Positions 26,420-33,190 are shown, numbered from the stretch's first letter. The stretch: 38,615 nucleotides of DNA from Nitrospiraceae bacterium (GCA_046759485.1 JBHICF010000001.1:1-38615), one strand, 5' to 3'. Notes: generated by a model not told the origin, from the letters alone. Program-made: numbers and translations.

Positions 26420-27388
26420 TCACAGGGTGGCCCCGCGACGTGCACGGCGCGTCCGTCGTCGGCGCTGCTGCCGTCGTCGACGACGACGGACAGCGGACGG
26501 GGGCCTGTCAGGCCGATCCGCTGTGGTGGGAACCGGTCGCCGAGGTGTCACCGTGGGCTCGGGAGCTTGCAGCCTGCGTCGTCGGCGAACGGTCGGACGG
26601 GGACGAGGGAGGGGACGAGGGGATGACCGTCCAGGGGCGACCGGAAGGCCAGGGGCGATGGGCCTCACGAGATCGGGCCGACCCGGTACGGGCTGCAAGT
26701 CAAGCACCTCCTGCTCGCTGCCCCCTGTTTGCGGGACATTTCGTGCGATTCTGCGACGCACGCGACCTAGCCGCCGCCGCGCGGCGGCTAACTGATCCGG
26801 ACTAAATGTCTCCAGGCCGAGCTGCCGTTGATCTCGCAGATCGGCAATTTGCTCCTCCAATGCGGCGGCATTCACCTGCCGTAAGTTCTGCCTTGCCGCA
26901 AGACGTTCGGGACGTCCAGTAGCCGCGGCGACGGCCTCCTGTGCCTCTCGGATCGATTGCCCCCGCCGAAACTGTTCGAGCACGTCCGAGACGTTGCCAG
27001 CAACGCGCGTGAATCTTGACCCTGGACCCTGCACCGGCAAGCTGTCAAACCCGGATGAACGTGATGTCGGAACCGCACCCGGCACCAGAAAGCCGCGGCC
27101 CAGGCTCGGATCACGCATGATCCGTTGTACGAATTCAGCGGGTGGACTGAGCGTCGGCGCCTGGCCGGGCGCGGCCAGGCGCGGTACTGGACGCGCGATG
27201 CCAGGAGCGGGTGCCTGTGGCCGGGCAATTCGTGTCCGCACGTCTGGGACGGACGCCGGATTGCGACCTGCATTTAAATCGGCGGCGTCCGGCGACGGCC
27301 GAAAGACCGTTGGCAAGCTCTGTGCGAAGGCGTCCAGACGGGAGATAGGACTTTGCGGCACCCGCCCGAATGTGGCTGGAGCGACCAT
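26420..27388 (-). CDS. Hypothetical P/R-rich protein with extreme poly-Arg C-terminal tail (RRRRRRQQRRRRTRRARR)
   Basis: 322-aa ORF with a helical central segment. Spaced 4 nt and 9 nt from its neighbouring genes. Confidence 0.55.
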   Translation of the reverse strand: MVAPATFGRVPQSPISRLDAFAQSLPTVFRPSPDAADLNAGRNPASVPDVRTRIARPQAPAPGIARPVPRLAAPGQAPTLSPPAEFVQRIMRDPSLGRGFLVPGAVPTSRSSGFDSLPVQGPGSRFTRVAGNVSDVLEQFRRGQSIREAQEAVAAATGRPERLAARQNLRQVNAAALEEQIADLRDQRQLGLETFSPDQLAAARRRLGRVRRRIARNVPQTGGSEQEVLDLQPVPGRPDLVRPIAPGLPVAPGRSSPRPLPRPRPTVRRRRRLQAPEPTVTPRRPVPTTADRPDRPPSAVRRRRRRQQRRRRTRRARRGATL

Positions 27389-27392
27389 GCGA

Positions 27393-27557
27393 CTAAGCGC
27401 AGCGAAAGCGCCTGAGCAAGCGCTGACGACGGATCTCAGGTCCGTCGTTGCGCATCTTTGCGATAGACATATCGCGCTGAGGACCCGTAACGGGAACGGT
27501 GGCCGCCTTCTTGGTGGTCTTTTTCGCGGCCGCCTTCTTCGTGATCTTTTTCGCCAT
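27393..27557 (-). CDS. Small Lys-rich basic protein (MAKKITKKAAAKKTTKKAA..., 54 aa), histone-H1-like tail
   Basis: ATG 27557 has GGAGAAG 6 nt upstream. Overlaps the 3' end of the longer ORF 27436..28269 in another frame. Confidence 0.45.
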   Translation of the reverse strand: MAKKITKKAAAKKTTKKAATVPVTGPQRDMSIAKMRNDGPEIRRQRLLRRFRCA

Positions 27558-28269
27558 GCGCTTCTCCGGCAAGATGACTAGACGTTCGCCAGGGGTGAAA
27601 GCTCCATTGGGCACTTGTACCGGCCTCACTATACACGACACCTCTCCTTAAAGAGAGGGGGTAGGTCGGAATACGGTAGTGTCCTAATTTGAAATCGCAA
27701 CCACGCGCTTTCAGACGGCATTCGATCTGTCTGTCAGTGAGCACGTCCCAAACCCCGAAGTGCGGCGTACCGCGAAGAGACATCATGAGAAGCCGCCCCT
27801 CAACAGAACCGATCTCAACCGGTTGCGCCTCGATGATGGCGTTGATGTTGGCGACGGTCGTGGCCGTTACCCGGGCTCTCCGACGAGACCTTCGGACCTG
27901 GATCTCTCGGCCCTTGGGGACAAGTCTGGCAATCTTCCGAGCGCTCCTCAGCGCCTCGTCGTTGAAGTGACTGGGGCGAGCTACCCGCTTCCCCTTTTTT
28001 TGCTTGAATGCCAAGAGCTTAAAGCCAGACTCGACAGCCTCAGTCACCTCTGCAACGGGTACTCGAGGAGCTTCGGGCTGAGAGTGCCAACGCAGCACCG
28101 CACTGCCTTTCTCGACGCTTACGAGCCATCGAATCCGATTCGGCTTGCCGGTTATCTCCCGCGTCACCTCCTGGGTCACGTCCAGAAAGGCTTCCACGGC
28201 CTCCATGAACTGCTCGGCGGGAATCCGCCGGTCACCGAGGTACAGGACGAGAGTCTCGCCAACAGTCAT
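27436..28269 (-). CDS. Hypothetical protein (277 aa as read). The real 3' end probably lies upstream, near 27690.
   Basis: ATG 28269. The N-terminal ~195 aa look protein-like. The last ~80 codons use rare codons, span a hairpin plus an SD-like site, and overlap a better small ORF. Confidence 0.5.
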   Translation of the reverse strand: MTVGETLVLYLGDRRIPAEQFMEAVEAFLDVTQEVTREITGKPNRIRWLVSVEKGSAVLRWHSQPEAPRVPVAEVTEAVESGFKLLAFKQKKGKRVARPSHFNDEALRSARKIARLVPKGREIQVRRSRRRARVTATTVANINAIIEAQPVEIGSVEGRLLMMSLRGTPHFGVWDVLTDRQIECRLKARGCDFKLGHYRIPTYPLSLRRGVVYSEAGTSAQWSFHPWRTSSHLAGEAHGEKDHEEGGREKDHQEGGHRSRYGSSARYVYRKDAQRRT

Positions 28270-28434
28270 TTTGGACGGCGCCGCTCGGCGTGCAGCCAGG
28301 GGCGGTGACGTCGGTCCATGCTGCCGACCGGCCGGTGGCGATAAGGACCGCCGATGCGGCCGGGGTGGAACGACCATCTCTCGCGCCGAGGCCGAATGAC
28401 CAGCGCATCCCGCGGCTGGAGTGGGCTCCCGCTC

Positions 28435-28731
28435 CTAGCTCGCACGGTCCACCCCGGCCTCGGCAAAGCTCGGGTGCGCGGGCACCCTCGGCTGGCCGCC
28501 GCGCCAGTCCTCCAGAAAAGCCACCATCATGCGCGGCACGTCACCACGGTAGCCCAGGGAATGCGCCATCGGAACCAGGCCCATGCGCGAGGCCAGGCCG
28601 GGGCTCTTGCCGCGTTTCTCCAGGCAGCAGCCGAGCCACGCCTCCCAGAATGGCTGTGCCTCTGGCGTGTACGGCCACCCGATCGGCATCGCGCCGGGCA
28701 CGTCGTGGCTGCGCAGCGGTGTGGGGCACAT
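28435..28731 (-). CDS. Hypothetical protein (98 aa)
   Basis: ORF begins 15 nt after the stop of the upstream gene. Confidence 0.45.
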   Translation of the reverse strand: MCPTPLRSHDVPGAMPIGWPYTPEAQPFWEAWLGCCLEKRGKSPGLASRMGLVPMAHSLGYRGDVPRMMVAFLEDWRGGQPRVPAHPSFAEAGVDRAS

Positions 28732-28746
28732 GGCACCCCAAGACTA

Positions 28747-28962
28747 TCAGCCGTCCCCGCTGGTTGGGCTCGATCCGCCTGCTCCGTGGTCGGCGACGCC
28801 CTGGCCGACGATGTAGGCGACCAGCAGCGCTACCACCGACTGCACCTCCGCTTCGTCGAGGGTGAGGCCCATGTGCTCACCCATGACGGTGACCAGGAGC
28901 CCGGCGATCATCGCCTGGCCCTTGCGGCTCTTGAGGATTCTCGGGAAGAACTTTTTCAACAT
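28747..28962 (-). CDS. Two-TM holin-like small membrane protein (71 aa)
   Basis: MLKKFFPRILKSRKGQAMIAGLLVTVMG...VVALLVAYIVGQGVADHG. Start overlaps the stop of the upstream small ORF. Confidence 0.5.
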   Translation of the reverse strand: MLKKFFPRILKSRKGQAMIAGLLVTVMGEHMGLTLDEAEVQSVVALLVAYIVGQGVADHGAGGSSPTSGDG

Positions 28963-29090
28963 GGCGCTTTGTCTTCGCTCCTTTTGCGGTCGATGACGTC
29001 GTCGTCCTCCAGCTGTCCGGGGTTCTGCCGCTGCGCCGCTGCCACACCCGCCAAGGCGACGACCAGCACGATGGCTGGCCAGCGACGCAT
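28956..29090 (-). CDS. 44-aa signal-anchor peptide (MRRWPAIVLVVALAGVAAAQ...), spanin/lysis-accessory-like
   Basis: Internal ATG of ORF 28956..29171, 19 nt after the YkgJ-like stop. Confidence 0.35.
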   Translation of the reverse strand: MRRWPAIVLVVALAGVAAAQRQNPGQLEDDDVIDRKRSEDKAPC

Positions 29091-29109
29091 CGAAAGCAGC
29101 GGACTGTCA

Positions 29110-29415
29110 CTAATCGAGACGCTGACGGATAGCGACCAGCTCCTCGCCGGGCACGAGCGGGTAGAGATCATCCGGAAGTCCTCTTCGATCGATGAGTAGG
29201 TGGCACATCACGACGTTCGTGATGTGCCATTCCCGGCGTGACATCGACTGATTCAATATCGGTCGTTCGTCGTACATTTCGTCGACACGACACACCGGCG
29301 GTCGCATTTCATAGATTTTGCAACGGTTCGTCTCTGGATCGAGCATCTCGCACGCGACGCCTGGCTCTCCCCAGGGCGGAAAGTGGCAACAGGCTCCGCT
29401 TGACAGCCGGTGCAA
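29110..29415 (-). CDS. YkgJ-family (CxxCxxCC, UPF0153) zinc/iron-binding protein. The N-terminus appears frame-split.
   Basis: GACCHF...VACEMLDPETNRCKIYEMRPPVCRV. The strong RBS and ATG (29441) lie in the adjacent frame, which encodes ...LCTGC. Confidence 0.55.
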   Translation of the reverse strand: MHRLSSGACCHFPPWGEPGVACEMLDPETNRCKIYEMRPPVCRVDEMYDERPILNQSMSRREWHITNVVMCHLLIDRRGLPDDLYPLVPGEELVAIRQRLD

Positions 29416-29456
29416 AGGTTGTCAAAACCTTCATCCGGCATTCTCAATCACCTCCC

Positions 29457-30107
29457 CTATTGAATCGCCCATCCGATAACGCCCTCTATCCCCCCGTCAC
29501 TCGAGAATCGCACTCGGTAGCCTACTCGGTCGGCCCTTGGTATGTGCATTCGCAAATCTACAACGGTAGCTTCGGCAATTGCCCCGAACGGACCGTCTCG
29601 CGCGCCCGCATAATGAAGTACCGTCGTCTGTATGGCCGACCGGTCCGCCCACCGTAATCCGAGGAGTAGACTTTTGCCCTGCCGGCTCCAGCCGGGCATT
29701 GTGAAGCCGCCCGGGTGCGTTCCCGCACCCGTTTCGTAGCGACTAACGCGCATTCCGAGCAGGCCGCGCAGTCTTTCTCGGCCGATGACAATCGATGCTT
29801 CTGAATGCCCTCGGCGCGTGTTGCCGTGGAATCTCCACTGACGCCACCGCTTATCGCCTCGCAAGTAGAGGTTGACCCAACCCTCGACACCGATCCATGA
29901 AGTTGCCTCACAGAGGCCCATGACATGAATGCCGTACGCGCTTCTAAATGTATCCCCCGTACGAGCGACGAGCCCGAGGACCCCGGAGCACCTCGCTTCG
30001 GAGGCCGAAGCCCAGAGGAAGAGCGCAAGGGCGCACCCCCGGCTAAGGTCCCGCCTTGACCTGTGGGCCACCGGTCGTCCCGCTTGATCCCCCACGCGGT
30101 ACGTCAC
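29457..30107 (-). CDS. Possible secreted protein (signal-like RRDLSRGCALALFLWASASEA), 216 aa
   Basis: ORF track only. GTG start with a weak RBS. Overlaps the 3' end of the 61-aa ORF. Confidence 0.35.
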   Translation of the reverse strand: MTYRVGDQAGRPVAHRSRRDLSRGCALALFLWASASEARCSGVLGLVARTGDTFRSAYGIHVMGLCEATSWIGVEGWVNLYLRGDKRWRQWRFHGNTRRGHSEASIVIGRERLRGLLGMRVSRYETGAGTHPGGFTMPGWSRQGKSLLLGLRWADRSAIQTTVLHYAGARDGPFGAIAEATVVDLRMHIPRADRVGYRVRFSSDGGIEGVIGWAIQ

Positions 30108-30228
30108 TTTCGTCTGGCCACGGGTGCGCTTCGCTCCGTTTGTCGACCTCGCGCAACGACTTGATGCCTCGCGTAAGTGACTCTACCTCCCTGATGAGCA
30201 GGTCGTAGATCAGGTCACGGTCCGACAT
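30043..30228 (-). CDS. Hypothetical 61-aa protein, first gene of the minus-strand block
   Basis: ATG 30228 has AAGGAGG 5 nt upstream. Confidence 0.5.
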   Translation of the reverse strand: MSDRDLIYDLLIREVESLTRGIKSLREVDKRSEAHPWPDESDVPRGGSSGTTGGPQVKAGP

Positions 30229-30333
30229 CGGCACCTCCTTCTTCTTATTGCGCTTGTCCTCGGACGGATTGCGGAGCCAGCGCCCCTTGTTCCATCCCAA
30301 TGTGTACTCTTCGCTCGTCGTGGTCCGTACGGT

Positions 30334-30350
30334 ACACGTGATCCACGTGT
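30334..30350. promoter_or_regulatory. 7-3-7 palindrome ACACGTG-ATC-CACGTGT next to a minus-strand TTGACA (30353-30348)
   Basis: Read directly. Lies between the tRNA-like gene and the first late ORF. Confidence 0.3.
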
Positions 30351-30424
30351 CAACGCAAGTGCGCACAAGAAGAGGTAGTGGCGTCGTGTTACTGTTCGCT
30401 CGTGGCCACGGGTCCCTGGATGGG

Positions 30425-30533
30425 AGACCACGACGAGATTCGAACTCGCGTCACCAGTGGAAGCCTAAACAACGTCCCTTGGTGAAGACTCCCCTTGCAG
30501 GGGGGGCACCTTAGACCACTCGGTCACGCCGCC
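30425..30533 (-). tRNA. Aberrant class-II tRNA-like gene (~109 nt), Ser(GCU)-like layout. The anticodon loop is one nt short and the variable region is ~40 nt.
   Basis: Minus-strand read: GGCGGCG-TG-ACC-GAGTGGTCTAA-GGT-G-CCCCC(C)CTGCAAGGGG(AG)...GCGAG-TTCGAAT-CTCGT-CGTGGTC-T. D and T arms are canonical. The acceptor pairs 6/7, with 2 G-U pairs and 1 G-G mismatch. Confidence 0.45.
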
Positions 30534-30561
30534 TTCAGGGATTTACCCAAAAAGTCCCGAC

Positions 30562-30609
30562 TAGACCCTCTCGCCGCAGCTTTAGCGGGTTGAAGCGCGA
30601 GAGGGTCTA
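30562..30609. repeat. Perfect 13-bp stem hairpin (TAGACCCTCTCGC / GCGAGAGGGTCTA), 22-nt loop
   Basis: Arms at 30562-30574 and 30597-30609. Confidence 0.9.
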
Positions 30610-30631
30610 ACCCTAATGGGTTGTTTGTCGC

Positions 30632-30657
30632 CTCTGCCTACGCCGGGCTAGGCAGAG
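30632..30657. repeat. Perfect 9-bp stem hairpin (CTCTGCCTA / TAGGCAGAG), 8-nt loop
   Basis: Arms at 30632-30640 and 30649-30657. Confidence 0.9.
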
Positions 30658-30783
30658 ACTCGAATGCTCTCATCGGCATCCTCCTCATCCACGTCGTGAT
30701 TGGCCCACACGTAGCGGGCCGGAGACGCCACTACCCAAAGAAGATGTCCCCTACGACACCGACCGTGCTAGGATATGGACTAC

Positions 30784-30809
30784 GACCGTCCGTAAGAGTC
30801 CGGACGGTC
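30784..30809. repeat. Perfect 9-bp stem hairpin (GACCGTCCG / CGGACGGTC), 8-nt loop
   Basis: Arms at 30784-30792 and 30801-30809. Confidence 0.9.
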
Positions 30810-30812
30810 TTG

Positions 30813-30865
30813 GGGGCGACCAGGGCCGTTGCCGGGCAGGTACGGACTCTCGCCCTGGTCGCCCC
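30813..30865. repeat. Perfect 14-bp stem hairpin (GGGGCGACCAGGGC / GCCCTGGTCGCCCC), 25-nt loop
   Basis: Arms at 30813-30826 and 30852-30865. Confidence 0.9.
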
Positions 30866-30931
30866 ACTTCGAGGTGGGCCTCACACAAGTTGCATAGCCC
30901 CGGGACTTACGTCTAAAATAGCAAGAGATAT

Positions 30932-30972
30932 GCGATGTGAGGGAGAGCCTAAGGACAGCCGGCTCACATCGC
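30932..30972. repeat. Perfect 10-bp stem hairpin (GCGATGTGAG / CTCACATCGC), 21-nt loop
   Basis: Arms at 30932-30941 and 30963-30972. Confidence 0.9.
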
Positions 30973-31122
30973 CCATACATCGTCCACCGGCGGGGCTGCC
31001 CACAAGACGAACGTGCTCACGCACGATGGACCTACTGCTAGTGCTCTGACGGGTCCGGGCTCTTCAAAGGAACAGGGCTAGCGAACGACGGCCGGCGACC
31101 GACGGGCAACCTCAGTCGCACC

Positions 31123-31193
31123 GAGCTGGTTCGAGCTGCAGTCCACTTCGTCGCATCGGCGGGGGCTGGGACTGCTGCGCCTCGAACCAGCTC
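31123..31193. repeat. Compound hairpin: 13-bp outer stem (GAGCTGGTTCGAG / CTCGAACCAGCTC) plus 7-bp inner stem (GCAGTCC / GGACTGC)
   Basis: Outer arms at 31123-31135 and 31181-31193. Inner arms at 31138-31144 and 31169-31175. Confidence 0.9.
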
Positions 31194-31209
31194 CCTCTAA
31201 GCAAAGCTC

Positions 31210-31562
31210 TGTACATATGTACATGTACTCGTACACTCGTACATGTACACACCACATGTAGGGGGGAGATGGGTGTATGTACTGTACGACGTACGGCGTA
31301 CGGGCACGGGTCCCTCGTGCGGGGGGTGGGGGGGGTGTACGTGCGTGTTCATGTACACGAACACTCGTACGTGCGCTCGTGTGTACATGAACACGCACGT
31401 ACACGAGCATGGGTGGCGTACATGGACCTACTCGTCGTACACGTTCTCGTCCGTCGTTCGCGTCCGTTGTACAGTCCGAGCACCGTCAGCTCGAGCTGTA
31501 CGATCGCACGAGACGGGACGTGTACGTGGGGGGGTCATACGAGAGTGAAATGCACGCCGTAC
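31210..31562. repeat. GTAC-saturated iteron-like array (TGTACA, ATGTACAT, CGTACG palindromes), including two tandem 30-bp units and G6/G6TG8/G7 runs
   Basis: About 21 GTAC by hand count in ~350 bp. Units 31335-31364 and 31365-31394 match at 21/30 positions (GTACGTGCG...TGTACAYGAACAC). Confidence 0.9.
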
Positions 31563-31627
31563 ACACGAGGGGGCGCTCACGGGCGTTGTCGACCGAGAGC
31601 GACCTGGTGAAAAACCTCAGAAATGTA

Positions 31628-31657
31628 TTGACAGTGTGTTGTCAGGTGTGGTAGAAC
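31628..31657 (+). promoter_or_regulatory. Candidate early promoter: TTGACA (31628-31633), TG-extended weak -10 TAGAAC (31652-31657), overlapped by TGACA-N7-TGTCA inverted repeat
   Basis: Read directly. About 45 nt upstream of the first early ATG (31702). The -10 is poor. Confidence 0.3.
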
Positions 31658-31701
31658 TGCGGCTGCCCTATTAACCATACACGGGAGAACAGCACACACC
31701 A

Positions 31702-32346
31702 ATGACACTACACAGCAACTTGACGGTCCAGACCGAACAGCCAGACACCGAGTCGGAAACGCCGCTCTATCACCGATACGCGGGCGACGCCTACCCGCAG
31801 AACGCGTACCTGACCCTCGATCTCGAAACCGGCATGCTCAGCGCCGAGTGCTGGACGAACCCGGGCGGTGGGCGGTCGATGCGCGCACACCGCGGCGTGC
31901 AGCAACTACAGTTCCCGGTCAACGCCGCGATCCGCCGTGACGCCCTGGCCTCTGTCCTGGAGAGGACCCAACCGTACGCGCAGACCATTCTCGACCATAG
32001 CGTCGTCGAGTGGCAGAACGACAACCTGACAGGGCGCGTTAGCGAGCGGAGCGACGATGCTCGGCTCGCAATCGAGGAGATCTGCGAGAATCTCGAGCCA
32101 TCCGAGGTCGGCAACATGTGGCAGGCCGGTGACTGGATCACGGCCGGCGGCCAACAGCAGGCCGAGGACTACCTGCCCTCCATCGTGACAGCGACCGATC
32201 GCGAAATCGCCACCCTCGCGGCCATGACCTGCGAGGAGGCCCTCCGTGGCGACGATGTCGTGATCGAGGGTGGCGCAGCGGCTCTGGCCAACTACCTGCG
32301 CCAGAGGCGGGACGAAATTTCCATCGGTGAGGCACAATCGATCTGA
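31702..32346 (+). CDS. Acidic, lysine-free early protein (214 aa)
   Basis: First ORF of the + strand operon. 34 D/E versus 15 R and 0 K by hand count. Confidence 0.75.
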   Translation: MTLHSNLTVQTEQPDTESETPLYHRYAGDAYPQNAYLTLDLETGMLSAECWTNPGGGRSMRAHRGVQQLQFPVNAAIRRDALASVLERTQPYAQTILDHSVVEWQNDNLTGRVSERSDDARLAIEEICENLEPSEVGNMWQAGDWITAGGQQQAEDYLPSIVTATDREIATLAAMTCEEALRGDDVVIEGGAAALANYLRQRRDEISIGEAQSI

Positions 32347-32357
32347 GAGAAAACCCC

Positions 32358-32540
32358 ATGAAACAGAACCAACCGCGACAGCCCCCAGCCCCTGCATCTC
32401 AGGCGGTCAGGCGCATGCGAGCAATGACCAGGGAGCTACGATCGTCCATTGGCGATCCGCCGAAACGCGATCTATTCGAGTGCGAGGAGTCGAATCCCGA
32501 GCTCGAGCCACATGAACGACGGTTCCCGCCGGGCGCCTAG
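32358..32540 (+). CDS. Hypothetical 60-aa protein
   Basis: ORF track. Weak RBS. Confidence 0.35.
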   Translation: MKQNQPRQPPAPASQAVRRMRAMTRELRSSIGDPPKRDLFECEESNPELEPHERRFPPGA

Positions 32541-32569
32541 CCGGCACACGAAAGGACACCACACACCCC

Positions 32570-33190
32570 ATGAGCCAGAAGCACGTTGATCGACTCCTGA
32601 GATCCGTGCCCGAATGGAACTCCTGGCGCCAGGAGAATCCCAGGGTCATACCGGACCTCACCAATGCAAACCTCGCCGGAGCAAACCTCACCAATGCAAA
32701 CCTCGCCGGAGCAAACATCGCCGATGCAAACATCGCCGATGCAACCCTCGCCAGAGCGGACCTCGCCGGAGCAACCCTCGCCAGAGCGTACCTCGCCGGA
32801 GCGTACCTCGCCAGAGCGGACCTCGCCAGAGCAAACCTCACCGATGCAAACCTCGCCGGAGCAAACCTCGCCGGAGCGGACCTCGCCAGAGCGGACCTCG
32901 CCGGAGCGAACCTCACCAGAGCGTACCTCGCCGATGTCCGGGGAATCATCGCCGCGCCCATAGCCGACCCCCGCGGACACACAGCGTTTTTCTGGAAGAA
33001 GCGCCAAGGGTCGTGGTGGGTCAACTCTGGATGTCGCTCCACGACCATCGCCCAGGCACGGAAACACTGGGGTGAGTACTACCTTTCTAGGGCCACCGCG
33101 GATATGACTAGCCGGGAAATCGGCGACCAATACCTCCGAGCGTTCGACTGGCTGGAGAAGCTACTGGCGGCGAGGGCCCTGAACGACTGA
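32570..33190 (+). CDS. Pentapeptide-repeat protein paralog 1 (206 aa): N-cap, ~19 A(D/N)LxG-type units, conserved C-terminal domain
   Basis: [24 protein letters not shown], then ANLAG/ADLAR units at about 32654-32935, then DPRGHTAFFW..WWVNSGCRS..ARKHWG. Confidence 0.9.
   Translation: MSQKHVDRLLRSVPEWNSWRQENPRVIPDLTNANLAGANLTNANLAGANIADANIADATLARADLAGATLARAYLAGAYLARADLARANLTDANLAGANLAGADLARADLAGANLTRAYLADVRGIIAAPIADPRGHTAFFWKKRQGSWWVNSGCRSTTIAQARKHWGEYYLSRATADMTSREIGDQYLRAFDWLEKLLAARALND

Noticed and set aside
28290-29199. + strand ORFs of 191 and 281 aa
   Set aside because: They are R/A/P/G-rich, mutually overlapping, and antisense to a chain of small minus-strand genes that have start/stop coupling and recognisable TM or YkgJ features.
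30421-30540. tRNA-like element as a prophage att site or integration junction
   Set aside because: There is no integrase or recombinase anywhere in the window, and no direct repeat of the tRNA 3' part was seen. Host/phage boundaries are therefore unsupported.
30621-31049. 142-aa + strand ORF in the hairpin field
   Set aside because: There is no RBS and the composition is not protein-like. The ORF is built across several perfect inverted repeats.
31258-31335. G-quadruplex formation by the G6 / G6TG8 runs
   Set aside because: The tracts are far apart, or form only two long runs, so a canonical four-tract G4 cannot be asserted by eye. They are noted only as part of the GTAC array.
31078-31654. 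ORFs of 65-113 aa on both strands over the GTAC array
   Set aside because: Translations are VHVHT/YMYT low-complexity strings dictated by the GTAC/ACGT repeats. The region is better explained as non-coding.
32407-33130. Long minus-strand and alternative + frame ORFs (213, 197, 153, 99 aa) across the paralog 1 repeat tract
   Set aside because: The 15-nt periodic repeat lacks stop codons in all six frames. Only the + frame starting at 32570 has a non-repeat N-cap, a conserved C-terminal domain and translational coupling to its neighbours.
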